Positions 1-8,700 of a stretch of DNA of 42,602 nt are shown here, in pieces. The stretch is from positions 1 through 42,602 of the IMG/VR virus record IMGVR_UViG_3300011435_000024; one strand, 5' to 3'. Source of the stretch: a virus (taxonomy: Duplodnaviria; Caudoviricetes). The notes under the pieces were generated by a model, which made no database searches, was not told where the DNA came from, and saw nothing but the letters and a program-made list of their open reading frames with translations. Each line of letters starts with the position of its first letter. Position 1 is the stretch's first letter. The translations under genes were made by a program, and so were the position numbers.

Positions 1-3000
1 CAGGACGTCTACGGCCACGGCCTCGACGAGGCGCCCGGGCGTCTGCGGTCGCTGGCCCAGCAGCTGCGGGAATTCGCGCGTGGTTTCGCCGGCGCGCTGC
101 CCGAGCTCCCGGTGTTTACCCGCGCGTGGTGGAATCGTGGCGACGAGTTCGTGCGGCGCGAGGGCGCGGCGTTCTACAACCGGATGAAGGAAGGTTTCCG
201 GCTGCTCAAGCGCAGCCAGGCGGGCGTGCTGCGCGAGGCGGCCGAGCAGGTCGACCACGTGATCCACGAGCTGCATGCCGCGGGCCCGCGGTTCGACGCC
301 GGCGCGTTCACGCAGCTGCGCAAGGCGCAGGCCCGGCTGCGTGAGCTTGAGGAGAACGGACGCACTGTGCCGCCGGAATTGCGCACAACGATCGCGGAGC
401 TCAACGCAAAGCTCGAGGCCAGCCCCTACGTGCTGTTTTCGCGGCTGGTGCTGAATCTCGACCTGCAGTGGCGCAAGACGCACCTGCGCGACAGCCAGGG
501 CGAACCCATCGCGCTGCCGGGCAATCTCAATCTGGCGGAGATCGACGCCGAGATCGAGCGGCTGCGCACGAAGATCGCGACCTCACCGCACGCGGAGAAG
601 ATCACCACGGCCGTGCGTCGGCACGTCGATCTGGTGCGCGCGGTGGCCGAGGATCTGCAGAAGCGCGAGCTGCTCGCGCAGGGGATCGCGGCGAACCCGT
701 TTTATTTCCCGCATCTCGTGGTCGACAAGACCAGCGGCCGCGTGGAGCGGCTGAAACTGCAGACGGCGGACGAGTTTCGCGGCTACCTGATCAATCCAGT
801 GGGCAGCCGCGCCGCGATCGAGACCGACTACGCGCGGGCGATGTATTACCACCTGGCGCAGGTGGGCGCGCACAACCGCCGGGCTGACATCGTGCGGGAG
901 TTCTTCAAGCACTACGACGTGCGGAGCAAGGTCGCCGAACGCGCGAAGGCACTGGGCAAGCACCGCGGCCACCCGGTGTCGTGGCGGCAGGCGTTCTATG
1001 AGGAGTTCGAGGATCAGGGCTACGTGATGCACGCGGCCGATCCCCAGGGCGCGATCATCCCGGCGCTGCAGATCGATCGCAACACGCTCGCGCGGCGGCT
1101 GGGCGTGATGATCGGCGAGGGCGACCTGCAGCAGGAGCTCGAGAAACTGGGGGTGAAGGGAATCAAGCTGATGCCCGGCGATATCACCGAGAGCCTGCGC
1201 CAGGGTGAAAAGGATTACTGGATCGTACCGGAGAAGGTGTCCGACGCGCTGCGCGGCATGGAGCGGCGGGCGAAGGAAACGCCGAACCTGGGGGAGAAAA
1301 TTCTCGCCGGCGTGCAAGGCCTGTGGAAGCGGAACATCCTGTTCGCGCCGTGGAACTGGGCCCGCTACGAGTTCAACAATCTCGTGGCCGATCTCGAGAA
1401 AGTGTTTTCGGCGGATCCGGGCATGGTGCGCCAGTTTCCGCGCGCGATGAAGGACCTGCGGGCCCTTAAGGAGGGCAAGCCGCTGAGCAACGAGCTGCGC
1501 CAGGCGCTGAAGCTGGGCGTGCTCGAGAGCGTGACGGCCGCGGAGATCGGCGCGCTGCCCGAGGTGCGTGAGTTTGATTTTCAGGCAACGAACGCGCGCC
1601 AGGTGTTGAACTGGATCCGCCGGCATTCGACCGTGCGCGCGAGCGCGTGGCGCGAGGCGCTGTTTCGTTACAGCAAGTTTCTCGCGGATTCCGAGCGGAT
1701 CCAGAAGGGGGCGCGGCCGGCCTACGCCGGGGCGTACTGGCGCGACGTGGAAGCGATGCAGGACAGCACCGCCGGCGCCGGCGACGCGCCCTGGCTCAAG
1801 GCGGCCGAGATCAGCAAGAAAACTTTCGGCGACTACGACGACGTGAGCGTGGCGGGCGACAAGCTGCGCCGGCTGCTGATCCCGTTTTACTCGTGGATGG
1901 AGGTGAATTTCCGGTACCACGCGAATCTGTTTCGCAACCTGCGCGACGCCGTGGCCGCGCGCGACCTGACGGCCGCACAGGCCGCCAAGGCGGGCGGCCG
2001 CGCCGCGCTGTCGTTGGGATCGGCGATGACGCGCAAGGCCGCCGGCATGTTCCTGCTGCGCCTGGCGCTGCCGTATCTCGCGATCCAGGCATGGAACAAC
2101 AGCGGCGATCGCGAGGAGCTCGAGGAAGAATTGAGCGAGGAGGACAAGCGGCGTTTCCACATCATCGTCGGCCGGCGCGATGACGGCCGCGCGATGGTGA
2201 TCTATGCGCCGACCGCGCTCAGCGACGTGCTGCGGTGGTTCTCTGGGCCGGAGTTCGCGCGCGTGGCCACCGAGTATGTGAAGGGCAACATGGACCTGCC
2301 CACGGCCCTGGGTGAGTGGACGGAGCGCCTCGTGCCGGACTTCCTCAACAACACGCTGGGCGGGGTAGGGCCGCTGATCAAAATCCCGGTGATGGCGGCC
2401 AGTAAGCAGCAGTATTTCCCGGACGTCGGCGATCCGCGGAAGATCCCGGCTTATGATTTTTGGCGGGTAATGACGGCGGCCGCGACGGACCAATTCACTG
2501 CTTCGATGCTCCAGCGCGTGATCAACGAGGATTACGTGGACCCGCGCAGCCTGGGCGATTGGGCCCGGCAGAACATCCTGCAGGTGCGCGTGCGCGATGC
2601 CGAGGAATGGGCGTTCTACGCGATCAAAGACAAGGCGAACGATTTTCTCGAGCAGCGTACCGGTACTAAGCGCAGCATGGACTACGACGCGCCGGACCAG
2701 CAGGTGTTGCGCAACTTCCGCCGGGCGATCTACCGGGCCGACGTCGAGACCGCGGCCCGCATGTATGACCGGCTGCTGGCCTACGGCTACACGGCCGAGC
2801 GATTCAGCGCCAGCGTGCGCGCGCAGGATCCGCTGAGCTTGCTGGGCAAGAAGGGCGCCGCCGGCAACCTGCGCGGCGAGTTTGTGGAGCAGCTCAGCGA
2901 ATACGAATACGGGATGCTCGAGCGGGCTATGCGGTTCTACACGCGCATGAGCGCCTTTCGTGGCGACGAGCGCCGGCTGTTCCCGCGTGCGGGGCGGACC

Positions 3001-3147
3001 GAGCGCCAGGCGGAGCGCAATCGCGAGCGATTCCGGCCGCGGCCCGATCTGCTCGAGAACGAGATCCTGGACCGGGCGAACCTCGACGAGCAGGACGTGA
3101 ACGACGAGATCGAGCGCGAGCTGCGGCGCAGCCTGAGGGTGCGGTAG
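1..3147 (+). CDS. C-terminal part of the giant internal-virion/polyvalent protein (continues from 38688..42602 across the window junction); helical, LPD38-like C-terminal region
   Basis: Frame is open from base 1 (QDVYGHGLDE...) through ORF 112..3147; last codon of the window (ACG, 42600-42602) is in frame with CAG at 1; position at the end of the structural module is typical of podoviral ejection proteins. Confidence 0.75.
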   Translation, partial: QDVYGHGLDEAPGRLRSLAQQLREFARGFAGALPELPVFTRAWWNRGDEFVRREGAAFYNRMKEGFRLLKRSQAGVLREAAEQVDHVIHELHAAGPRFDAGAFTQLRKAQARLRELEENGRTVPPELRTTIAELNAKLEASPYVLFSRLVLNLDLQWRKTHLRDSQGEPIALPGNLNLAEIDAEIERLRTKIATSPHAEKITTAVRRHVDLVRAVAEDLQKRELLAQGIAANPFYFPHLVVDKTSGRVERLKLQTADEFRGYLINPVGSRAAIETDYARAMYYHLAQVGAHNRRADIVREFFKHYDVRSKVAERAKALGKHRGHPVSWRQAFYEEFEDQGYVMHAADPQGAIIPALQIDRNTLARRLGVMIGEGDLQQELEKLGVKGIKLMPGDITESLRQGEKDYWIVPEKVSDALRGMERRAKETPNLGEKILAGVQGLWKRNILFAPWNWARYEFNNLVADLEKVFSADPGMVRQFPRAMKDLRALKEGKPLSNELRQALKLGVLESVTAAEIGALPEVREFDFQATNARQVLNWIRRHSTVRASAWREALFRYSKFLADSERIQKGARPAYAGAYWRDVEAMQDSTAGAGDAPWLKAAEISKKTFGDYDDVSVAGDKLRRLLIPFYSWMEVNFRYHANLFRNLRDAVAARDLTAAQAAKAGGRAALSLGSAMTRKAAGMFLLRLALPYLAIQAWNNSGDREELEEELSEEDKRRFHIIVGRRDDGRAMVIYAPTALSDVLRWFSGPEFARVATEYVKGNMDLPTALGEWTERLVPDFLNNTLGGVGPLIKIPVMAASKQQYFPDVGDPRKIPAYDFWRVMTAAATDQFTASMLQRVINEDYVDPRSLGDWARQNILQVRVRDAEEWAFYAIKDKANDFLEQRTGTKRSMDYDAPDQQVLRNFRRAIYRADVETAARMYDRLLAYGYTAERFSASVRAQDPLSLLGKKGAAGNLRGEFVEQLSEYEYGMLERAMRFYTRMSAFRGDERRLFPRAGRTERQAERNRERFRPRPDLLENEILDRANLDEQDVNDEIERELRRSLRVR

Positions 3148-3213
3148 GTGACCACAAAAAGAGCACCGAAACCGGCCGGCCGCGCAAGTCGCTGACAGTG
3201 AGAAAGCGAAACA

Positions 3214-3259
3214 GCTTCTCAAGCCATCAACCGGGGTTCGAATCCCCGTGGGGGCGCCA
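3214..3259 (+). mobile_element. attP core: 3' half of a tRNA-Glu (anticodon CTC)
   Basis: GC-TTCTCAA-GCCAT-CAAC-CGGGG-TTCGAAT-CCCCG-TGGGGGC-G-CCA gives anticodon loop, 3' anticodon stem, T arm, acceptor 3' strand and CCA; no D arm or 5' acceptor strand upstream; about 100 bp before the integrase. Confidence 0.88.
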
Positions 3260-3333
3260 GTGCTTTCAGAGGAGAAACGCGGGCGCGGTGCTTTGGTCGG
3301 GTTTGCATGGCTTTGGTTCAGTTCTTGCCAATC

Positions 3334-3353
3334 TGGGCACCGAATGGGCACCG
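3334..3353 (+). repeat. Tandem TGGGCACCG repeats, candidate integrase arm-type sites
   Basis: TGGGCACCG at 3334-3342 and 3345-3353; related GAGCACCGAA at 3161-3170 on the other side of the tRNA core. Confidence 0.5.
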
Positions 3354-3360
3354 TCCGGGC

Positions 3361-4500
3361 ATGGGGCTGAAGGTCGCCGTCAACCGCATGAACAAGCCGT
3401 ACACGCCGTGGCGCGTGCGCTGGCGCGTGCCGGGCTCGCCACGGCCGGAGCGGCGGTTTTTCAAGACGCGCGCCGCGGCAGTGGAGAAACGCGACGCGGT
3501 GCTCGCGCAGTTTGCGCAGCACGGCGCCGCGGCGTTTGCCCTGACCCCGCACGCGGCCGCGGAGTGGCGCGACGCGCGCGAGATCCTGCCGGCCGACGTG
3601 TCGCTGGTGGACGCGGCGCGCTTCTACCTGAAGCACCGCGGCGCCGCGCCGGTGGCGCGCGGCCCCACCGTGCGCGTGGCCTGGGTGGCGTTCTGCGCCT
3701 CGCGCGCCGGCCGCTCGCACCATTACCAGGTGCAGCTCGCCGGGCAGTGTGAGCCCCTGCTCGAGGTGGTGGGCTGGGACCAGCGGCTCGCCATGGTCCA
3801 GACCGAGGCGCTCGAGGCCGCGATCACCGCCGGCGGCGGGGCGGAGGAAACCAAGGCCAACCGTCGCCGGATGCTGGCGACGTTTTTCCGCTGGTCGGTG
3901 CAGCGGCACAGCCTGGGCGTCGATCCCATGGCGATGGTACGGCGCTGGCCGGTGACCCGCGGCAGCCCGCGGTTCTACACGCCGGCGCAGTTGCGGCGGC
4001 TGCTCGAGGCGCTGGCGGAGCGGGCGCCGCACCTGATCGGCGCGGTGGCGCTGCGCGCGTGGGCCGGGCTGCGCGAGATCGAGGTGCGGCGCATGGTGCG
4101 CGGCCACTATCTCGAGGCGGATCTGCGGCCAAAGACGCGGGCGATTCTGGTGCGCGCCGAGGTGGCCAAGGCGACCGGGCCCGAGGGCCGCGGGCGGCCG
4201 CGCTTGATCGAGGGTTTGCCGGCGAACCTGTGGGCGTGGCTCAAGGTCTCGCCTCCGGTCTGGTGGTCGATGAAGAGCATCGCGAGCCTGCGGCCGTGCT
4301 TCGCCCTCGCGAACGTCGCGCCGATCAAGAACGGGCTGCGGCATTCGTTTGTGACCTACGCGGCCGCATGGTATGAGAGCCTGGAGAAGGCGGCGATGGT
4401 AGCCGGCCACGACACCGAGGTGATGCGCGCGCACTACCTGGGACTGGCCACGAAGAAGCAGGCGCAGGAATGGTTTGCCATCGACCCGGCCGGCTGGTGA
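3361..4500 (+). CDS. int: Tyrosine recombinase / phage integrase
   Basis: Box I AGLR, box II GLRHSF, AGH and catalytic Tyr in RAHY; adjacent to attP. Start at ATG 3361 preferred over 3307. Confidence 0.92.
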   Translation: MGLKVAVNRMNKPYTPWRVRWRVPGSPRPERRFFKTRAAAVEKRDAVLAQFAQHGAAAFALTPHAAAEWRDAREILPADVSLVDAARFYLKHRGAAPVARGPTVRVAWVAFCASRAGRSHHYQVQLAGQCEPLLEVVGWDQRLAMVQTEALEAAITAGGGAEETKANRRRMLATFFRWSVQRHSLGVDPMAMVRRWPVTRGSPRFYTPAQLRRLLEALAERAPHLIGAVALRAWAGLREIEVRRMVRGHYLEADLRPKTRAILVRAEVAKATGPEGRGRPRLIEGLPANLWAWLKVSPPVWWSMKSIASLRPCFALANVAPIKNGLRHSFVTYAAAWYESLEKAAMVAGHDTEVMRAHYLGLATKKQAQEWFAIDPAGW

Positions 4501-4509
4501 GGTGGCAGC

Positions 4510-4674
4510 GTGAAAACCGCGCCATGGCGCAATCGCTGGCTGGGCCGCGACCAGGACCTGATGGTGCTCGTGATCGCGGCGCTGTTCGTGATCGGGGTCG
4601 TGCTTTACTACGGCCGCGGGGCCGTGCTGGCCGATGACCGGCCGGACGCAGAGGAAACGCAGACGTTCCGCTGA
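4510..4674 (+). CDS. Small single-pass membrane protein (54 aa)
   Basis: GTG..TGA frame read by hand: MKTAPWRNRWLGRDQDLMVLVIAALFVIGVVLYYGRG...; clear hydrophobic helix; below the ORF-track cutoff. Confidence 0.55.
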   Translation: MKTAPWRNRWLGRDQDLMVLVIAALFVIGVVLYYGRGAVLADDRPDAEETQTFR

Positions 4675-5040
4675 TCAGCGCAGCTCCGGCTTGGGTCCGT
4701 GGGCGAGGATGACGAGCTGGGGATCCGCGGCCGTGAGGTCGGCGCGCACGAGCGCGGCGGTGTGCGCGGAGAGACTGACGGGATGGATCTGCCGGTGCAG
4801 TTGGGCTCGCTCGCGTTTCGGGATCGCGACATGCACGGGCGTGGTGGCGTACTTGTGCTCCGCTGGGGAGACCGGCGGCACCGGTCCGCTGGGCGGCCGC
4901 ACCTGGGCGTTCCGCAGCAGGATGCGCAGGTAGACGGCACGATCGATCTTGAGGGCTTTCGCCCAGACGGTCGCCGCGGCGGCGAGCGGGTGGGGCAGGG
5001 ACACGGAGGTGCGGGCCTGAGGCGGCGGCGGTTTGGGCAC
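4675..5040 (-). CDS. Putative tandem ribbon-helix-helix DNA-binding protein
   Basis: RTSVSLPHPLAAAATVWAKALKIDRAVYLRILL and PVHVAIPKRERAQL...SLSAHTAALVRADL each fit a strand-helix-helix pattern; GTG start at 5040 assumed. Confidence 0.55.
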   Translation of the reverse strand: MPKPPPPQARTSVSLPHPLAAAATVWAKALKIDRAVYLRILLRNAQVRPPSGPVPPVSPAEHKYATTPVHVAIPKRERAQLHRQIHPVSLSAHTAALVRADLTAADPQLVILAHGPKPELR

Positions 5041-5093
5041 CGCCAGTGTCAAACCGTTGCGAAAATCCGGCACAACGCGCGAAACGTAGTGCA

Positions 5094-5399
5094 ATGAACT
5101 ACGGCGCGGCTTTCCTCGCGGGCCTTGTTGGTATCTTGACCTCGCCTCCTGCCTCCCCAACTCCTGCGACGGCCGCCTGGCTGGCGCGCTGCCGTCGCGC
5201 GGGCGCGCACGCGATGGATCCTGATGTGCTGGGCGCCGTGGTGCTCGCGCTGTGCGACGAGCTGGAGCGCGCCTATCGGGAGCAGGCCCTCACTGTGCCT
5301 TGCGTAAGGTTCGTGCCTTTCCCGGAGCTCGATAGTCTTTCGACAGGGCCTTGCGCCGCGCCGCGGTTTCTCCAGGAGTGTCCGGGGCCGGGGTGGTGA
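5094..5399 (+). CDS. Hypothetical protein (doubtful)
   Basis: ATG ORF filling the gap, but overlaps the 3' end of the repressor on the opposite strand by about 110 nt. Confidence 0.25.
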   Translation: MNYGAAFLAGLVGILTSPPASPTPATAAWLARCRRAGAHAMDPDVLGAVVLALCDELERAYREQALTVPCVRFVPFPELDSLSTGPCAAPRFLQECPGPGW

Positions 5400-5889
5400 G
5401 CGCGGCGGCTTCGGCGACGAGCGCACTTTTGCCCATGCCGCCCGCGCCGAAAATCAGCGTGGTCTGGTGCGGGGCCACGTGCTGGCCGTGGTGGCGCAGC
5501 TGCAGACCCTGCAGAGCCTCGAGGACGCGCGCCAGTTGCGGATCGAGGGCGGCGTCGGTGATGAGCTGGGCGAACATGTCGCGCAGGCCGGCGGGGGCGC
5601 TGATCAGGTGCTCGATGATTTCGCCGGGCAGGGTGATCTGGATCCCGTCCGGCGAGACGCCGAGCACCGCGACAATGTCGCGCAGGTAGGCGACGACGAG
5701 GGGCAGGCGGTCGGCCGGGGTGGCCGGCAGGCCGGTGACGATGCGAAAGGCCTGGTCGGGATCGGCCCAGCGGTCGCGCATGATGCGCTGGAAGGTGGCG
5801 CGCGGTACGCCGCAACGTTTGGCCGCGGCAAGTTCACTCAGTTCCTGACCTGCCATCATCGCCTTGATCGCGTCGCGGAAGCCTTCCAT
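5290..5889 (-). CDS. CI-like immunity repressor, N-terminal XRE-type HTH
   Basis: SELAAAKRCGVPRATFQRIM helix-turn-helix; divergent from the early operon; no S24 peptidase motif visible. Confidence 0.7.
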   Translation of the reverse strand: MEGFRDAIKAMMAGQELSELAAAKRCGVPRATFQRIMRDRWADPDQAFRIVTGLPATPADRLPLVVAYLRDIVAVLGVSPDGIQITLPGEIIEHLISAPAGLRDMFAQLITDAALDPQLARVLEALQGLQLRHHGQHVAPHQTTLIFGAGGMGKSALVAEAAALTTPAPDTPGETAARRKALSKDYRAPGKARTLRKAQ

Positions 5890-5975
5890 TTCCCGGCATA
5901 AGAACAGTTGCCACAAAAAGGGCAATATTTTGCTTGCCGCGATGCCACAAAATGAGGCAAACCCTGTATCACTTT
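5890..5975. promoter_or_regulatory. Divergent lysis/lysogeny switch with two operator-like palindromes
   Basis: AT-rich gap containing TTGCCACAAAAAGGGCAA (5908-5925) and TGCCACAAAATGAGGCAA (5943-5960). Confidence 0.65.
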
Positions 5976-6167
5976 ATGGCAACTTCGGTGCGCGCGACCG
6001 TGCGGGACATGCTGGAGCTCTTCCTAAAGAGCCCGACCGAGGCGCAACGTGCGGAGGCCAAGCATCTTTTGCAGGTGCTGGATGCCGACGAGGAGGCGCT
6101 GGCGGGCCGGGTGGTGAATTTCGCCGAGAAAGAGCCGCCCAAATCGGAGGACACCCGTGGAGACTGA
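5976..6167 (+). CDS. First early gene (Cro position), hypothetical
   Basis: ATG directly after the operators; 63 aa, helical; no clear HTH. Confidence 0.6.
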   Translation: MATSVRATVRDMLELFLKSPTEAQRAEAKHLLQVLDADEEALAGRVVNFAEKEPPKSEDTRGD

Positions 6168-6396
6168 GCCCGGCCCAATCACACCCGGCCAGGACTGGCG
6201 GACGCTGCCGCGGCAGATCTCGACCGAGCAGGCGCAGGCGTGGCTGGGGCTTTCCCACAATCAGTGGTTTGCCGCCCGCGACCGGCGCGAGATCCGCGAG
6301 GCGGTGGTGTGGGGCACCGGCGGCAAGGGCCTGCGGTTCTGGACGGTGAAGCTGGCGAAACTGGTACCTGCGCCCGAGGAGGCGCGCACCGCATGA
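6157..6396 (+). CDS. Excisionase/AlpA-like small DNA-binding protein
   Basis: ISTEQAQAWLGLSHNQW...GGKGLRFW resembles a winged-HTH Xis pattern. Confidence 0.5.
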   Translation: METEPGPITPGQDWRTLPRQISTEQAQAWLGLSHNQWFAARDRREIREAVVWGTGGKGLRFWTVKLAKLVPAPEEARTA

Positions 6397-6560
6397 ACCG
6401 CGACCCGGAAGTGTGGGATCCGGAGACGGAGCACGAACAGCCGCCGGCGCACTGGGTGATCGGGGCGAAGCTGTTCGCGGGGGTGTGCCTCTGGGCCGCG
6501 GGCGTGATGGCGATCACGGCGCTGCTGGCCGCGGCGGTGGAAAGGTGGGCCGGTGGATGA
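6393..6560 (+). CDS. Small membrane protein
   Basis: ATGA-coupled at both ends; hydrophobic stretch LFAGVCLWAAGVMAITALLAAAV. Confidence 0.65.
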   Translation: MNRDPEVWDPETEHEQPPAHWVIGAKLFAGVCLWAAGVMAITALLAAAVERWAGG

Positions 6561-6901
6561 ACGACGCGGAGCTGCAGCACCGACTGAGGCAGGCCGCGCA
6601 GCGCGCGAAGGCGCAGCAGATCGCGCACGCGCAGCTCGAGGCGATGGCCTCGCACGCGTGCGAGTTTGCGGCCAACGCGATCACGATCGGTTGCGCCGAG
6701 GCCATGAGCGTGAAGTCAACCGATGCCGCGGGCGCGAACTGCGACGCACTGGTGATCGTGCTCTCGGGTGCGATCCCGCCCGAACTCGTGACCACGCTGG
6801 AGACCCTGGTGATCGAGCACCGCACGCGGCTGCAGGCCGCGACGGCGCAATGTGTGCCCTTCCCGCCGGCGGGCAAACCGGCCAACCCCGAGGTGAACTG
6901 A
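6557..6901 (+). CDS. Hypothetical protein
   Basis: ATGA overlap with the upstream gene; typical codon usage. Confidence 0.7.
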   Translation: MNDAELQHRLRQAAQRAKAQQIAHAQLEAMASHACEFAANAITIGCAEAMSVKSTDAAGANCDALVIVLSGAIPPELVTTLETLVIEHRTRLQAATAQCVPFPPAGKPANPEVN

Positions 6902-6903
6902 GC

Positions 6904-7215
6904 ATGAGCTCGCCGATGATGCAGTTTTTCGAGCAGCAGGTATGTCAGCTGACGAACCTGGCGTTTCAACACGACGCGCGCGGGGTACACCCGGTGTGCG
7001 TGTGTTCCGCGGTAGACCCGAAGACGAACAAGCTGCGTGCTGCGGTGTTACTGCTGACGGGCGATTTGCTGCCGGAGGACTTGCAGCTACTGCAGGACCT
7101 GAAGGCGCGCATCGACGCGCGCGAGCCGGCCGGCGCGCACCGGGTTGAGACGGCGAAGTTTTCGAAATACCTGCCGGGCGCGGCGGAGCGCCGGGCGATG
7201 GACGGGAAAAACTGA
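6904..7215 (+). CDS. Hypothetical protein, possible paralogue of 6557..6901
   Basis: ATG 2 nt after the previous stop; shares a motif with the upstream protein. Confidence 0.7.
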   Translation: MSSPMMQFFEQQVCQLTNLAFQHDARGVHPVCVCSAVDPKTNKLRAAVLLLTGDLLPEDLQLLQDLKARIDAREPAGAHRVETAKFSKYLPGAAERRAMDGKN

Positions 7216-7217
7216 CC

Positions 7218-7439
7218 ATGCACCGCGACGATCCGGCCGCCGAGGCCTTCGACCGTGGGTTTGCCGCGGGGCAGAAACTGCTGCTGCCGCTCTGCCCGTA
7301 TCCGCGCAGCGCTGCGCTGCTGGGCGATGCGTGGCGGCAGGGCGTGGCGGCCGCGCAGCAGCAATGCCTGCGTGCGGTGAACGCGCAACCGCACCCCGAG
7401 CGCGCGGCGCTGCTGGTGGCGAATGCGGCGATTTCGTGA
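7218..7439 (+). CDS. Hypothetical protein
   Basis: Tightly packed ORF in the early operon. Confidence 0.6.
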   Translation: MHRDDPAAEAFDRGFAAGQKLLLPLCPYPRSAALLGDAWRQGVAAAQQQCLRAVNAQPHPERAALLVANAAIS

Positions 7440-7468
7440 GTAGTTAACCAATACAGCAAAGGAAACCC

Positions 7469-7858
7469 ATGCGAACCCTGACACGCCACAAGGTCAACGG
7501 GCTGAATGAAGCCCTCGAAATCAATGTGCTCGACGCACCCGGCGCCGGCGGCGCGAGCCACGATTACCAGATCAGACTCAAGCCCGATGGTACGGTTCAG
7601 ACCATTGACTGGCTGCTGAACTTCCAGAACGGCCCGATCAAGGAGGCCGGTTTCAACGGCCTGACGCAGGAGGTGCTGCTCGCGATCATCATCGACCGGC
7701 TGGAATGTTTTCAGCGCGGACCGCACGCCTGCCGGGAGAACGCGCTCGCCCTCACGAAGCTCGCCGAGGCGATGCACTGGCTGCAGCACCGGACCCGGTT
7801 GCGCCTGCAGGCCGGCGTGGAAGGTACGCACGCACCGATCCCGCCCGCACAGGGCTGA
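7469..7858 (+). CDS. tad1: Tad1-family anti-defence sponge protein (Thoeris/CBASS signal sequestration)
   Basis: Motifs GAGGASHDY, FQNGP, DRLECFQRGPHACRENALALTKL..A..WL..R and VEGT match the Tad1 family pattern as I recall it; AAAGGA RBS upstream. Confidence 0.8.
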   Translation: MRTLTRHKVNGLNEALEINVLDAPGAGGASHDYQIRLKPDGTVQTIDWLLNFQNGPIKEAGFNGLTQEVLLAIIIDRLECFQRGPHACRENALALTKLAEAMHWLQHRTRLRLQAGVEGTHAPIPPAQG

Positions 7859-7872
7859 ACGCCGCGCCGCCC

Positions 7873-8424
7873 GTGAAGATCTACGAACGCGCGGACGAGC
7901 CGGTGTTTGCCTGGGTGGCCGAGTTGGTGAAGAAATATCACCCGGACCTCGTGAGCGCCGGCGTTTCCATCGACGTGCTGATGGTGGAGCACGACGACCC
8001 GGACAACGAGAACCCGGCGATCTCGCATCGTGGCTACCCGGCCGCGGCGCAGGTGCGCGCGGTCCCGGTGAAGGACCGCGCCGGCGGCCGGCGTGATGCC
8101 GAGATCCTGGTCGACAAGCGGCTGTTCAAGACGCTGCCGGAGAAACGCAAGCAGGCGCTGCTCGACCACGAGCTGCAGCATTTGCAGCCGGTGCTGGGCA
8201 AGGAACAGCGCCCGAAGCTCGACGGCGCCGGCCGGCCGCGGCTGAAGCTGCGCCGGCATGACCGGCAGCTGGGCTGGTTTGATGCGATCGTACGCCGCCA
8301 CGGCGAGGCCGCGCCCGAGAAGGTGCAGGCGCGCGCGCTCCTGCAGGAGGCCGGGCAACTTTACTTTGATTTCCCCGGCGGAGGCGCCGGCGTGCAGATC
8401 GTCCCCAAGGTCGCGAACAACTGA
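7873..8424 (+). CDS. Putative phage metallopeptidase
   Basis: ALLDHELQH (HExxH) followed by LRRHD and IVRRHG; GTG start assumed. Confidence 0.75.
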   Translation: MKIYERADEPVFAWVAELVKKYHPDLVSAGVSIDVLMVEHDDPDNENPAISHRGYPAAAQVRAVPVKDRAGGRRDAEILVDKRLFKTLPEKRKQALLDHELQHLQPVLGKEQRPKLDGAGRPRLKLRRHDRQLGWFDAIVRRHGEAAPEKVQARALLQEAGQLYFDFPGGGAGVQIVPKVANN

Positions 8425-8427
8425 AAT

Positions 8428-8700
8428 ATGAATACCCCTCTCGATCCATCTCTCGCTGTTCCTGCTGGAACAGCTGGCGAGGCGGTCCGCGGTCCAGTGG
8501 GTCCGCGGACGGCGCCCGGCAGCACGTGCGCGACCTGTCGCCACTGGCAGCGCCGGCCGCAGCGCATGATCAACGAACGGCCGATTGGCGACGAGGTGGG
8601 CGCGTGCCACGCCGGGCCGCCCAAGGCGAGTTTCACGTGGCCGCAAACCTACGCGACCGACTGGTGCGGACAGTGGGGGACCAAGGGCGCGAAGCGATGA
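8428..8700 (+). CDS. Small Cys-rich metal-binding phage protein
   Basis: CATCRHW...GACHAGPP...WP.T...DWCGQW; N-terminus encoded by repeat copy 1. Confidence 0.7.
   Translation: MNTPLDPSLAVPAGTAGEAVRGPVGPRTAPGSTCATCRHWQRRPQRMINERPIGDEVGACHAGPPKASFTWPQTYATDWCGQWGTKGAKR
8446..8510 (+). repeat. Two-hairpin dispersed element, copy 1
   Basis: CCATCTCTC-GCTGTTCC-TGCT-GGAACAGC-TGGCGAGGCG-GTCCGCGG-TCCAGTGGGT-CCGCGGAC. Confidence 0.85.

Noticed and set aside
3190-3259. Complete tRNA gene
   Set aside because: No D arm or 5' acceptor strand; only the 3' half is present, which fits attP.
583-4434. 1283-aa minus-strand ORF
   Set aside because: Antisense shadow of high-GC genes; Arg/His/Ala-rich with no motifs; spans attP and int.
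3361-4500. Integrase as an integron integrase (IntI)
   Set aside because: No visible IntI-specific insertion before box II; it is tied to a tRNA attP and lies about 7.5 kb from the array. Activity on the attC sites is not excluded without an assay.
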